Origin: Ascidiella aspersa
Lineage: Eukaryota
Length of the DNA: 64,000 nucleotides
NCBI GenBank assembly: GCA_963924565.1
Contig: OZ004610.1
Coordinates: forward strand, 9,114,001 to 9,178,000
Direction: 5' to 3'
Positions 1 through 13,227 of this stretch are shown here, piece after piece. The stretch's first letter is position 1. Every line of letters starts with the position of its first letter. The translations under genes and the position numbers were made by a program. The notes under the pieces are model-generated. The model ran no database searches, was not told the origin of the DNA, and saw nothing but the letters and a program-made list of their open reading frames with translations.

Positions 1-1909
1 TTTAGACTTAATTAAATCTTAACTAATTCGTTGGTGAATTAAAGCACCCAGTCCAATAAAATACCAAGAACTGGTAGAAGAAATACTGTAAAAACAAATG
101 GAAAAAAAAAGAAAATGTACCTGTCGAAGCGGGATACTTGAACAATTAGCACTCGACATATGAACGTTTCTGGTTAAATAGAAAAAATTCCAACTTTATC
201 TATGTGGAGTACATTTTAAATGAAATGCAAAGCAGGCAATTGCAAGTTCCGAATTAAAAAATTGTGATCAACAATTTGTACTTAGCGCATTACAACTGTT
301 TGAAGAAGTAGCACAGAAAGAAGGCACATACGCAAATCGCCTTAGCGATTTAAACCACGCAAGGTCGTTGTCGGGGCAACGCTGGGAAAAAATACGCACG
401 AGGTCAAGCAAAGGTGACTAACACTACCAGATCAGTCGCATTGTTGTTATTTTTATATCAAATCTAAGATTTAGCTGTGGTTTGTACTGAACAATCAGAT
501 TGTGACGGGAGAATTTTTCCCGTTCAAAAGTGTATAGTCGTCTGACAACAAGACAGCAAATATGTATTGGTTATAAATTTATGTAAATGTACACAGTTTC
601 CCTTTGAAAAAATACTTGCTAACTTGCTGATATTGATATTTGCCTTAGTTTGTTACTGATTAAATAAATACTAACGCAGACTGTCTTAATTGTTTATAAC
701 TAAATTAGGTGAGTGGTCCTGATATTTGCCTAATTGTTTAACAACTCTCGGCTGTTGTCTGCTAAATAGATTGCGCTACAGTACTAAGTAGCGGTTGTGT
801 CTTCGATCTACATCCAGGTCGTTTCAATGTAAAATCACGCCAAACATTTACTACACTTATTTATTTTGCGCCTTTTTCGTGTTTAGGGGCTAGGGCCATT
901 AAAGGATTAAAAAAAAGCTTAACAGGCGGTTTTCATTAGCAGTTCGTTTTATTTAAAATTAAATTGTTAGAACCTAGCCGTCCTAGCGTCTCTAAATTCT
1001 TAGATCAATACCTTTTCGTCGTTGAGCTATAGTCAAGTTTGGGAAATGGCAGATTATCATGGAAACGTGGTATGTCTTGCTTTGCGAGATAATTATACGA
1101 GGTGTCTAAAACTCTTAAGTGACAACTCGGAATTTCCCGTCGAAAGGCCTTTCACAACAAACAAGGCACCGAGAGGTAGCGGATTGCGTAATTTGTGTTG
1201 ATTCTGCTAAACCGGAACCTGCACGATGTGCACTCCTTAGCCCTATACCACCTGTCCATCACTCAAACCACCCAGCGCTGTTATTTGTGTTGGCTTACGC
1301 GCAAGCGAACAGATCGCCAATAAAAGTCGTGATCGACCCGTTTAATTATGCTCCCCGCATATGTGTGCCTTTTTTTGTGCGTCGAAACGGCACTCCTAAA
1401 TCGGCCGGCGTGGTTTTGTCCAAAGGTATACAACACAGGCTAGCCCATGCTCACCGCGGGTGGCCTATCGTCTTGGCCTTTGACGTTCAACGCTAATGAG
1501 TGTCGGAAAAACGGAAGCCCTTGGTTTTCAAAACACTGACTTTTGTTTCGAGGTTGCCCATATAGCTGAACTTGTCCGATAGTGACGATAGTGTTTTTTT
1601 GTTTATTTATTTTAATCTCGATATCGGCGAGCAATTGTCAAAACAACGCTTTTCGCCAACCTTTCTAAAGTCAACTAAGTATGGTGAATTATGTGCGGCA
1701 AGGCATTACGTGATATTGGCCAATCTTTTACCGGGAAAGTTATTCGACTTCCCAGCAATTCTCCTTCGGTTTTCTTATCTCCATTGGCGTTTTTCCATGA
1801 CTTTTCATAATAGAGATAGGCATCCTTTTTAGCCAAGATTTTTATATTCTCCAATTTGTTTTTTGCAAAGGGTGATTCGATTTGGATTCAAGAAGTAGTG
1901 TAAACTGGT

Positions 1910-2213
1910 CTGTGTTGTAATCAAGTCAGCCTGAAATGACCTAAGACCCAGTCCAAGTCATTAATTGCAAAAAATAAAAAAACTATAGATCTTGTACGAC
2001 CAATATCTCAAATAACAAAAACGCTTTATGTAGCAAAAAAATTGCCTGCAAAAATGAAAATAAATAACCGGATTTTATGAAAACAATTAAGTGAAAACAC
2101 TTAATTTCAACCCAAGTTATTTGACACAATTATTGAACTCCAAGCCGAAAATTTAGGTCAAAATCAGGTCAGTTACAAAACAGTAACTTAAGCGCAAAGT
2201 CATTGCAACACTG
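1910..2213. mobile_element. Degenerate MITE related to family B
   Basis: Ends ctgtgttgtaa / ttgcaacactg, internal caagtca-like motifs, and a 3' part resembling the end of the 52090 element. Flanks aaactggt and aatctcgt match at 6/8. Confidence 0.62.
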
Positions 2214-4655
2214 AATCTCGTATTTAGCAAAGTAAAAAAAAAACTTGCAGCAGCCCGGCAGAAAAAGTCACACCAGCGTAGTAATGCGCAATAATCTGCG
2301 GGCTTTGCGCGGCCGTGCTCTCGCCGCTAGTTTACTGTACGCAGCGCGCTCGTGTGATGTGCAACTGTTTCGGCCTTTGCACTTGACTAAACAGGGATTA
2401 GTGCTCAACGCGAAATCGGTCGCGTCTATGATTAATCGATCCTTAGCCGTCGCCTTTTAGGAATCTATGTCAAGATCTGTGTCCTTGTTTATGTCACTGG
2501 AGCACCTGTGACGTGTGCGCGAAGCCAGATGATGTCTCTTTAAAGCAGCTGGCAGGCCTCTGCGGTTCAAATTAGCCTTACGATTAGCTGCTTATGTTAC
2601 CGTTGCGGCAGCCTGGCCCATCTAACCTTGGCCGCGTGTCCAATAATCTCTTCCGGAAGCTTGCGTCTTTGCGCAAACGAAATAAAACTAGCTGGCTAGT
2701 TTTTTCATTGCGGCGTTCCAACCTCGACAACAATTGTCGTGCAGGCAGAATTTTTTGCAGATAGGAATCCGGTCTGGCATGATTTCATCTCGGTTAAAGA
2801 CATGAGCGCAGTTCGTGACGTTGTAGATATGGAGTATTACATAGTAGTGTTTACAGTTCAGCCAGGTTTCCGACACTACGGTTAAAAGCGATTGATTCAA
2901 ACTGAGGTTTGATGAGTTATGATGGCGCAAGTGTTTTTAAATGTGTCAACAGCCTTTATATAAGAACGCCGCAATTGCAATTTGGAGATTGATGACCGCA
3001 GACTTTATTGTTCAGCTATTTTGCTAGACGTAAACAAAATTTTCGTTGAGCAAAGCAAGGCTTCGGCCATTACTGTTACCTTTTTTACGTAGAAACAGGC
3101 AATGTGAAAAAGGAATTGAGGGTAAGATTTTTCAGCCTAAATAGTGCGGAAAATAGACAGTTTATTTTAAGGCCCTTTACTTCGTCTTGGTGTATACCAG
3201 CCTGAAATCTACTCTTGATATGCCTTTACTGTGTTCCTGTTTCTATAGCTTAGCACAGCATAACATAAAAAACAGTACAAATATAAAACAAAAAAATGTC
3301 TCGCGGCATCCAGCGATCCAGTACAGATTCAGGCGTGCTGCTTGGCAGAGTGGCCAATTTCCGACGATTCAGGAACAAAAGATTCCAGTAAGAAATTCTT
3401 CCGATTTATGCTCTATGTTTTTCGCCGTAGCATTTATCTAATTTCTTTGTACTTCTTTCTATATCAATTCTCCTATATTGGTGTCGTTTCTAAACTTAAC
3501 TAAAAACAGTTTGAGGTCACAATGGTTTACAGCAAATTATTTCATGAAACTTATTAGTCTATTTCGATAAAATATGAAACGCTTGATATATTTTATGTCT
3601 TAGTACTTGTTACCTCGGTTTATATTGCTTTATATAAGGTACATACCTGTTGTCGGCCTTTTTAATAGTTTCTTAAATTCAAATGTAATCGTAAACAAGA
3701 ATGCAAGACTAGATTGTTTAGTGGTCTGTAATAAAAAAAATAATAATGGACTTCGCTCCCATAATTAAAATTAAATATGAGCCATCGATTGTTTTTTTAA
3801 TCGTCCTATTTTCATTTTTTTTTAACTATTTTGTTTCTTTAACCACCGCGTTCACTTGGCCAAATGACCATGCCCTTTGCAAGAAAACGAGACAAGTCGA
3901 TCAATGGATTTTCAGATTTTGCTTAGTTTCGTGAGATAATTAAAAAACGTCCGGCCGCAGGGTTTCGAAAACGTGTCCAAAGAGAGCATGAAAGCCTCTC
4001 TTGTGCTGTCAAAGCGGCGAATAGCGCAAAGACAGGCCTCGGATCGATCCCGGGCCCCGGATCGGAAAGTACATCGGCCCCGCCTCGCTTTTGGCGACTT
4101 GGAGCTGAATAATTGATGACACGTCACAGGGGGACCGCGTTCATCAAAGTTGAGCGTTAATTAGCGGCCCAAGTGTCTTGCGGTTTGCCCCTATTTTTCA
4201 CCCTTTCGCATATACAAACACGGCGTGTCTGTCGTATTCTATTCTCGGGTGTTTATCTAATGGCGTCAATTAACATTTGAATTTGTTGTAAACAATTTAA
4301 GCCCCTTTCGCCAATGCCAACTGCAAAATCATCTTATAATACATTTTTGTGTTTTCATAGCAGTAAGTCCGATGTTATTTTATACCTAAAACGGATTGTC
4401 TTGGCTATCTTTAGAATACACCGAAGATAGAATTTTATTTTTCCATGGTGACTATACACGAAGATAAAGAAATGTCATATATTTCGTGCTACTGTTTTTC
4501 TGCGCCAATAAGCTAGCCCTTTCGAACCGCTCACATAGTCAGAATTTTCAATTTGGCAAACGGCATGCAAGTATTCTTCTACATAAACGCACGTTTAGCG
4601 CATAGTTGATAAAATATCGGCCATTTTCAACATGTTCGTTCGTTTTCCTTTTCAG

Positions 4656-4781
4656 TTCGTCGAGCGACGGAGCTTCGCAGAGCAAGTGCCACGGCTGCGG
4701 CTTCGCGGTGAACACCAACAGCGAGCTGTACGTGTCGGTCAACTCCGTGCACTACCACAAGGACTGCTTCAAGTGTCGCAA
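4656..4781 (+). CDS. RAP1GAP: LIM domain exon 1 (first zinc finger plus first ligand of the second)
   Basis: Acceptor ttttccttttcag, donor AA|GTGAGT, 126 nt, phase 2/2. Translates SSSDGASQSKCHGCGFAVNTNSELYVSVNSVHYHKDCFKCR(K), matching C-x2-C-x19-H-x2-C-x2-C. Third codon positions are G/C-rich. Confidence 0.88.
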
Positions 4782-5069
4782 GTGAGTGTCCTTGTCCGTT
4801 GTTTGAAGTCGCCGTTTCCTTCCGAGTTAACTTTACATCTGGATCCGGCGCCGAATCAGAGTTCATTTTGTCGTTCTCGGTTCTTGCTCCTAAAGATTCG
4901 ACAAAAGCTCAATTAACTAGCGTTCCACATTAACTGCAAAACCACCGAAAGACTACAATTGTTTGTTAATTAACTCAAATGTCAATGCCAACTTTTAATT
5001 TAACCAAACAAGAAGTTTGCTTAAGGTTCTAAAGTAAAATCAAATTGTTTGTAAACCTATACCATGCAC

Positions 5070-5146
5070 ATAGAAATCGCTCGTCTGGTGTAAACGAAGT
5101 ATAAAGTCGGTTTATACTTCGTTTACACCAGAAGAGCGATTTCTAT
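5070..5146. repeat. Long inverted repeat (36-bp arms, 5-nt loop)
   Basis: atagaaatcgctcgtctggtgtaaacgaagtataaa-gtcgg-tttatacttcgtttacaccagaagagcgatttctat, one mismatch. Confidence 0.92.
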
Positions 5147-5407
5147 CTATTGATATGTTGCCTGGTGGAGCTAAATATATCTATACCATGCATTGTTCAT
5201 GATTTCGTATCGTTTTAATGTTTACGCAGCCATAGGACTATTTGCGTGCATGTCTAGGCCTATTGCTTGCATGTCATAAACCTAACGCGAAAACAAGAGC
5301 AAACATAAAAAATCTCCATCTTTGGACCTGAGTCGCAACGTCGAATGGGAAATTTTACCCCGGTCGGTTTGTTTTGCCTTTACACAAAACTTGGCATAAG
5401 CCGCGAG

Positions 5408-5430
5408 ATGGAGACAGAGATTGCGCGAAG
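5408..5430 (+). CDS. Candidate short alternative first coding exon (METEIAR)
   Basis: gagATGg start and a perfect AG|GTAAGT donor in phase 2. It is very short, so chance cannot be excluded. Confidence 0.45.
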
Positions 5431-7462
5431 GTAAGTGAAACGTGACGGACTTTCCGAATCCACAACCAAGACACGAGTAACATCAGCTGCGATTACCGTG
5501 GCTGTAACATTAGCGCCAACAATGGAAACCACCTTATTGTTCCGAACCTAAACACGCAAAGTGCTGGTTGTGCCGTTGTTGGGCTTTCAGTCACTTGCCT
5601 TGCACCACACACGCTACACAGCGTATATTAACGAGGCAATTTAGCGACGTGTTTGTCCGAGGCAAACAGCACATGATGGACACACTTTATGGGCGTGTTT
5701 TTCTACGTTATACACAAACAGGAAAATGGCTATGGACCTCTGTAGCACGTGATTATTCTCGTGCCTTTTACGACACTTTGCAGAATTCTGTTTTGCTGCT
5801 TTGCTGGTTGGGTCTGCAGTGCGTTGGTGGGTCAGTCATCTGGTTTGAATGTAGGTTAGGGATTAGAATTAAGAGCTAAAATAGTCAGCGGTTATTTTCG
5901 ATCGTGGTGGGAATAAAGTAAATTGAGCAGGTTAAAATCGGTTTAGTTTGAACTGGACTGAATCAGCAAAGCTTTCGTTTAAAAGCAATTTACTTTTTTT
6001 TAGATTACCATTAATTTGGAAATTGGGAAACGTAACTTTGGCATGCCAAAAGCAACTTGATTTAAAGAAAGAGCAGTTTTTACTTAAGAGTCGGTGTCTT
6101 CTCATGTTTCTAATCGAGGGGTTATACAACACTTTTCGTCGTAAAGTCTTCGGTTTTCCCGCTTACCTTTCTCCTGTGCTAAAGTTGCTTTGCTTCATCT
6201 TGTGTTTGATCGTTTGACGTACTTGCGGTGGTACGGCCTCGATAGCTAAGTTCACGGGAACAGCCAGGCCCGTTTTACTTTTATTTTGGCCAGGTTGGGT
6301 ACCTTGCTCCCCGCGAATAAGGCTGTAAAGGCCCGCTTTTGAATAGGTCGTCTACGGCCGATTTTAAAGCGGGCGTTAAATGTTTTTAAAAGTGCAGACC
6401 ACAATAACAATCCTCCTGCTTCCAAAACAAGCGATCGACCACTGATCTCAGGCGGATTACAGAACGACCGATTTGTAGCGACTTCTTTGTTGGGCGCGTA
6501 AGCGGCCGAAGAGACGTAAACCGTTTTTGCTTGCTATAATCCGAACGCAAAAACGCGCAAAGTCGATCGGTTTCGCGAAAAGTCACTTGTTGGTTTTCGC
6601 TGGAAAACGCGCCTTTTCGAGGTCGAGAGGTGGCTGCTTCGGTTTTGTGTTTGGCTCGATGAAAAAAATATTTAAAGCTTACAGTGGTGAGAAAAGGTGC
6701 TTTGCAGTCGCCGTCCGTAGTATTTACAGGCGGCTGACGCCTTACGGTTCGAGACTCCTATGTTTCTGCAACAAACAACGAATGTTGCATAATCGGATGA
6801 TCGGATCCAGCCACAATCTAAGGTGGAAGATATTTGAACTATACCGATTACACAGGGAACTTTAATATTCGCCATATCGCCACGGATTAGTTGTTTTACA
6901 CTTTACAGGGAACAAAAAGTCCATAGGGAACGTAACATTTCAGACCTTGAATGCTTTCGGGCTAAAATATTGCGTTGATTTACTGCTAATGTTGACTTGA
7001 ATTTAAAATTGCTTCGTCTGATAAAAACTGTCGCCAATATTAGAACGGCCGCCACAATGCCGGACCGCGAAAATCCTAGGCTGAACGCGGGCGGCCGCAA
7101 CATATGACATTTAAAAGGCAGCGAGCGACGCCGCAGACGCAACGAGGAGGTGAAAAGCACTTCCTTAAGCCATCCTTCTGCGCCTCTCGAGCAGGAGCAA
7201 GACGCGGTCGACCCACGTACATGCAAACCCACCCGTTCGTTTGTTCGCCAAGCACCGACAAAGGACCGCGTTCACTTTGTCACGTACGCGGCATTCGGCG
7301 CCTTGCTTTGCCGCGAGGCGGACGGAAATGCCGCCGAGATGTTTCCTCTTATGCAACTGAGAGGAACCACAGCGCGCGTCTTACGCAACGTCCAATCTTT
7401 TAGTGGAAAACGTTTCACAAAACCTTTTGTTCACCCTTTGCACCTTAATTCAACCCTTAAAC

Positions 7463-7743
7463 CAGTGGTTCTCAACCGGGGTGCCATTTATAATGCTCAA
7501 GGGTGCCGAGAGATATTTGACAATTTTAAGAATCTAATTTTTGCTCAACTCTTACAATTTTTTATTGTAATGATTAGAGTGGAATAAAAAACTCAATTAA
7601 ACTTCCTACGTTGTATAGTTAATGTGCGTTGTTCGAGTTCCGTTTATTGTGAAATTCTATAGTGAATCACCTATAGAATGATTGTCGTATAAATCTTGTA
7701 GGGGTGCCGCAATCTGTTAGCCATAAAAGGTTGAGAAACACTG
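7463..7743. mobile_element. hAT-like (Charlie-type termini) MITE, family A
   Basis: TIRs cagtggttctcaacc / ggttgagaaacactg (14/15 match) and a perfect 8-bp TSD ccttaaac at 7455-7462 and 7744-7751. No coding capacity. Confidence 0.88.
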
Positions 7744-10700
7744 CCTTAAACTATAGTACATGACTGTTTAAAAGCTTTACTCATCGTGTTTGTGTAGGCT
7801 CTGTTGCAGCACTGCTGCGGAAAACTGCCTTTAATTGCTTTTATGAATTTTTGGTTGTCAGATTTTTGGAACCAGTCATCAGTAGGGTATATAAATAATA
7901 TGGGTAGAAATATGTCTGGTAAATATTGGTGTAGTGTGTGTTCTCGCGATTTCTCTTCTGAAAATATAGCAATGGACGAGACATGGTTTTATTCAGGAGA
8001 AAGACCTTGCTAACTGGCCAGTGTGTATTATCGCTTGTTGGGAGGCGATATTTGACAGTTAAAAGGGCATCGGGTTTCGGTATACCGGTGCGTCTTGAGG
8101 TATACGAGAGAAGGCGTTAAGCTTCAAAAAACGAAATAAATTTTCTAACTGTCCATACCGTGTTTCAGTTTGCCGATAGGATTGACTTTTTCTGGTCGTA
8201 AAAACAGCTAGCATTTAAAGTTTTCGAATGTAAGCAAAAACAAATCTGATAAATATATAGACGTGCCTTGTCTTTTCGCCTCTCACCTCATTTTTCACGG
8301 GTTTTAATAACGTCAGCGAAAAGTACAACTGACATAGCTTTGTATGCTTTTACAATGCGCGATGAAAGATAAATTGGGTATCTTCGTGTCAGCGGTCTTA
8401 ATACTAAATTTCTATAAAATAATCCTAATTCCTGTGTAGTTTTTAGGGTCAGATGCCGTGCATACCGCCATACCGTGTCAAAGTGTTTCCCCTTTTCTGT
8501 TTGGCAGCGCAACATTCCAAAGCAAGCACAAGTTTCGCAAACCCGCATTTGTATGTCGTTAGTCAACACCTTAAAGCGGTGGGTGTGTTCGAAACGCCCA
8601 TAAAACGCGAATAACATGCGGCCTTGGCGTAAAACCGCATTGCTTGTTTGCTGCGCTGTTTATTTCGCAATTTGCCAATTGATTTTCCGATTGTGCGCCA
8701 TATGCCCAGAATTCAAAGCGCGCCCTCATCAACTGATACATTTTGCTAGTGCCAAGATTGAATATATTTTGTTACCTTTCCACGAAAGCCAAAACGAGAA
8801 TGATTTGCTATTTCGACCCATGTTAAGAAATTATTTCCTTTTAAACTTCGCCCAACTTAAACCTCGAAAAACAAGAACATTAGAAATATAAACTTGCATG
8901 TGTAAAATGATATAAGTTCAAGCGGGTTTGCATTGCTGGACAGCATTTGCCTTGGATCGTGTTTCTATGGTGACAACCGCATATCCAAGCGGTTAACACT
9001 ACACCGTTATTTCCTCTACAACGGCGGTTTTTGCCGCAATATTTTCGTGTGGTTTGGTTACAAAAAGCAGAACAATTCCAGAGGGCCGATGGTTTACTAC
9101 ATGAAAAGGCCATCTTGTTCTAGCTTAACCACGCTTAGAAAATTAAAAAAAAACAGCGAAAAAATGATAACCAGCGACAAGCAGACGTGTAGCGTATGTC
9201 TGTATGTTTGGGTGGCGTTCAGGGTGAGACGTAAGTGTTGTGTGTAAATTGCGTTTTGCGACCGCTAAAAATAGACGCCGGCGTGTCTGTTTGCGCACTT
9301 TAATTGAGGTGAAATTAACGTTATCGCGTATAGAAATCAAACAGCCGCCTAGCGTATTTTTTCCTGTACTGATACAGCTATATGCATATATATAGGCAAT
9401 AGGCATGCTTTACACGGACTTGGTTTGTACTCTTTAAAACAACAAGAGAGGGTTGTCAGACGTATGATAAAGCTTCGTAATTTTATTAGCTTTCGTTTTG
9501 GCAAATGCTCATGTCATCTACAGTTGCGGAAATCTAAGATTCGAAGCAAAATGACGCTAGCAATGTTATGGTGGAACATTGTTGGACCGAACAAATGACT
9601 GTAAAGTTTTATTATTTATTTGGGTCGTTCTTTTTCCACTGTACAGATATATGTAGGAAACAATATGTAAATTAATTACGGCGCAACACCAAATTTCAAT
9701 GGCGTTGTATTTTCAATTAGTTTAACTGGAGGCTACAAACCGTACAGCATAAAAAAAAAAAAAAGTCCGCCGCAGTTTCACGTTTACGGCGAAACTCTCC
9801 GGAAGACGACGCAGGTATCACGGCTTTCTTCCGTTCCAGCTGAAAACGCGCTCCGAACAAAATCGAGACGAAACGTGTAGAACCAGAATTGTACACACCG
9901 TCCGTTTGCAGAAAGAACAGAACAGAATAGCCGGTACTGCGGATATGCCTTTTGCCGTGCGGCCGTAGGAAGCGACCGCATAGAACGCTTAATAGCAACC
10001 GGTCGGGTGCCAGCAGTCGCCCATCGGCGCACTTACGCGTGTCTGCGATGGGAAACTCGGCTTCTTGTTTATACTAAAATGGTGCCCTGTGCCGGTTTGC
10101 GCTCTCAGTTGTCACTGGAGTAAGGACGGGTCCGCTGATAGACTAGTTTCGCCATTGCAGCTTATGTTTATCGCTAGTGAAGAGGCTAATCGCGACATAT
10201 ATACTTTAAAGGGGCTAATCTCGGAACTATTACAGTGCACTTTGAGAAAAAAGCAAACAAACCAGTAGTCGTGAAACTGAAAATGTAGCGGTTTGGCTTT
10301 ATCAGTAGCATTTAGACTTGAAAAAGTTTTGGGAACTTCGATTTTAGGTTAACTAAAAACTCGTTTAGATCTCAGCTCCTTAACGCTGGTTTTAATATCG
10401 CCAGCAATAAATTCCGCGTACTTCATGTTTGTTTCCTCAGCGCGATGAAACACTTCAGAACCATGTGAAGGGTTAACCCACAAACTCCGAGTAGCAATAA
10501 CGCCGCTCCAAGTATCATTTCACAGAGCAAATATTAATTTAAAGAAAACGCTTGGTGGCGCAAGGGAGCAAAAACAGAATAACCACGTGTGCCTGTGTTG
10601 CATAACTGTCTAAGAACCAAATCAAACTATACGCATTCTATTGGCCTCTGTTCTAAACTTTTGTATGCCGAACGATTTGCGCTATTGGACTCCGCTCCCT

Positions 10701-11110
10701 CGATTAAACTTTGATATCCAGGCGGCTTTGTTGAATTGTGGGAAACGTTACGAAATAAAAAGGCGAAAATATCGCCCCAAACCCCTTTTGACCCTTTTTT
10801 TGCTTCGCTCATAAAAGCGCAAGGCACTGGCCAGCAGTCAATTCTTGCTCGCTTTTAGTTTTGTGCACTTTTGTACAGCTCAGAATAACAGGAATTTCAA
10901 ACCCGACAATGCATTTTCAAACCTTAAAAACAACGCAATCGCCTCGCTCAAACATTAGTGCTTGATCCTTAAGCGCATCCTTATTTTTCTCGATTGCTAC
11001 CGGCTTGAAAACTCGCGCGACCTCACCTCTTCCCAGTGCACGTAGTCGTCAATCGCCGTCAAGCGCTTAACGCGGGACGTATCCTGCCACTTTCCAGAGA
11101 GAACCAATCG

Positions 11111-11499
11111 TCGGTGGCCTCCGTGTGAACCCGCGGTACACCGAGGTCGAACTCCCCATCGGGGCCAACGCCCCCACCGCCCGGCTAAAATTAATGTAGC
11201 AATTCCAGCCATAATTTCGTAAGTCAACTTAGCGATTTTACCTAGTGGTAAAATTATCGAAAAATGGTAGGTGACAAACTGCTGGAGGTAACTAAACTTA
11301 GTAAAAAGTAAATTGTAATTAAATACCTTACGAAAATTTTTTTCAATTTTACTTGTTTTGCTTGTGAGTCGGGGCACTTTATGTCCGAAATATCTATTAG
11401 CGCCGGAATACAGTGTCAAGAATCGGTGGCCTCCAAGTGAACCCGCGGTACACCGTGGTCGAACTCCCCGTCGGGGCCAACGCCCCCGCCGCCCGGCTA
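11111..11499 (+). repeat. 77-bp GC-rich direct repeat flanking an AT-rich dispersed repeat copy
   Basis: 11111-11187 and 11423-11499 differ at 5 positions. The enclosed 11201-11425 is similar to 12974-13227. Confidence 0.88.
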
Positions 11500-11702
11500 T
11501 CCCACCCTCTTAACCTGTGGGTCGTGCTTAGCGTACAGCCGATCTGCTGTATACCGTGCACGGCACGACCCACGCTGCCTGGCCCGCTACCTCGTCGCGC
11601 GAGGAAATGTGCCTTTCCGCGCTGCAAAGGAAGCAAGTTAGCTGATGGGGAAATTGATCGGGCCAAAAAGCGCCCGGCCGGCACGCGATTGCGCCATAGA
11701 GA

Positions 11703-11729
11703 TGTGCGTGTGCGTGTGCGTGTGCGTGT
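11703..11729 (+). repeat. (TGTGCG)n microsatellite
   Basis: tgtgcg repeated about 4.5 times. Confidence 0.8.
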
Positions 11730-12551
11730 ACTGCTTCAACAGTGAGTTTATTTCGAGGCAGATCAGTTGCGTAGTTTGTAGTGCTACTATGAGTAAGTTT
11801 TTTTAGTATATTATATAGGTATGATATATGGTAGTTTCATTTTTGTCACCCTTTTTCTTTTTTTGTGTCGTTTTTTCTTTGCGCCTTGTTGGCCATGTGT
11901 GTCATTTCCTGATGAAGCTTTCTAAATAATTAGCCCAAACGTTGGACAAACAAATAGATACCAGAGGAACTTATTTTTAGTATGCTATGCCTGGTAGCAA
12001 CAGCATATTTATATAGTAGATTTGTGCATCTTGGTTTCATAGGGCTGTGACGTATTTTCTCTTCTAGGATGCTTATTGGATAACAATCATCTATTTTCTG
12101 CTTAACTTACTTGTGCGGTTTCGGTTTGACCAGCATAAACAAAAGAGTTTTTCACGATAACGGCAGCTGTCGTTGTTTCAACTTTCGGCCGGTGATGCAG
12201 GGCACGAAAAACCCCCAACGCAAAACGGTTTCGCCGCGTTGACCATTTCACGCTGGCCAACACAAACTCGATAGTCATAGTATTAGTCATTTTTAAAGAA
12301 AGCATGCCAAAACAGCGCGTTTCGAACTCTCCATTGTACAACTAGGGATCGCACGCAAAGGGTAGGCGCTTCTAGGGATGGCGGAAGTGGGCATTTTTTT
12401 AGTTTGCTTCTTGTGTTTTGAGCCCCTCGCAGACAAGACCCCATGTCGTCTGCACGCGTCCAACATTTAGCAAAGCCGCTTTCATGTTGTTTAGAAAAGG
12501 GTAGAGGAACTCGTTTGGGGGAAAGGGGCGGGTGAAACGCTATCTAAGCTT

Positions 12552-12641
12552 GGCTGGTAAGATGTTTGCTTAGTCAAGGCTGGTAAGATGTTTTGCTTAG
12601 TCACCTTTTGAAGTTAATTGCACCTTTTTGAAAGTTAATTG
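12552..12641 (+). repeat. Two abutting short tandem duplications
   Basis: ggctggtaagatgttt(t)gcttagtca twice, followed immediately by cacctttt(t)gaa(a)gttaattg twice. Confidence 0.8.
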
Positions 12642-12973
12642 TGCTAAATTGGGCATTGAAAAGTTAAGGGTTTACAGGAAAGAAAAGGCAAATTTAGGCG
12701 ACAACCATGCCTTACTTTCAACAGTGTTTTATTTTGTTGGAGGTTGTGCGAGGATACTTCTCCATCAATACAATATAGTATGATAAAATAGGTTTTTTAA
12801 AGCTTTTACACCATTTGCCTTTATAGCCCTATTGCAGAACATACCGCGTGTGTCAATTTCGAGATGTCAAAAAATAACGGATCAAGGTTGACATCCAATA
12901 CCAAGTTGTAGTATCGATATTCGCGCGATACTAGGGTGGTATCGGTACCCATCTGATACCAAATGGATATAAA

Positions 12974-13227
12974 AATTCCGGCCATAATTTGTAAGCCAAC
13001 TTAGCGATTTTACCTAATCTTAAAATTAACAATGGTAGCTTGGATGGTCACAAACTGCTATAGCGATAACTAAACTTAGTAAGTAAATTGTGATCTAATA
13101 CCTTTTAAAAACCTCCAAATCTATATTGCTCGTTAAGTATAGTAATGTCGCTGTTTGTTATTGCGTCGGATCGGGGCTCTTCATGCCCGAAATATCTATC
13201 GGTACCGGCATAAAATGTCAAGAATCG
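12974..13227 (+). repeat. Second copy of the dispersed repeat at 11201-11425
   Basis: Shares the blocks aattcc.gccataattt, caacttagcgattttaccta, taactaaacttagtaa, ccgaaatatctat and tgtcaagaatcg in the same order. Confidence 0.8.

Noticed and set aside
2688-2930. Minus-strand VVSETWL...FNRD resembling a LINE (CR1/L2) endonuclease motif
   Set aside because: Only a short match. The following GGGV-type motif is absent and no reverse transcriptase remnant is nearby.
11702-11798. MCVCVCVCVYC Cys-rich mini-ORF ending at GTAAGT
   Set aside because: Produced by the (TGTGCG)n microsatellite, and its phase (1) is incompatible.
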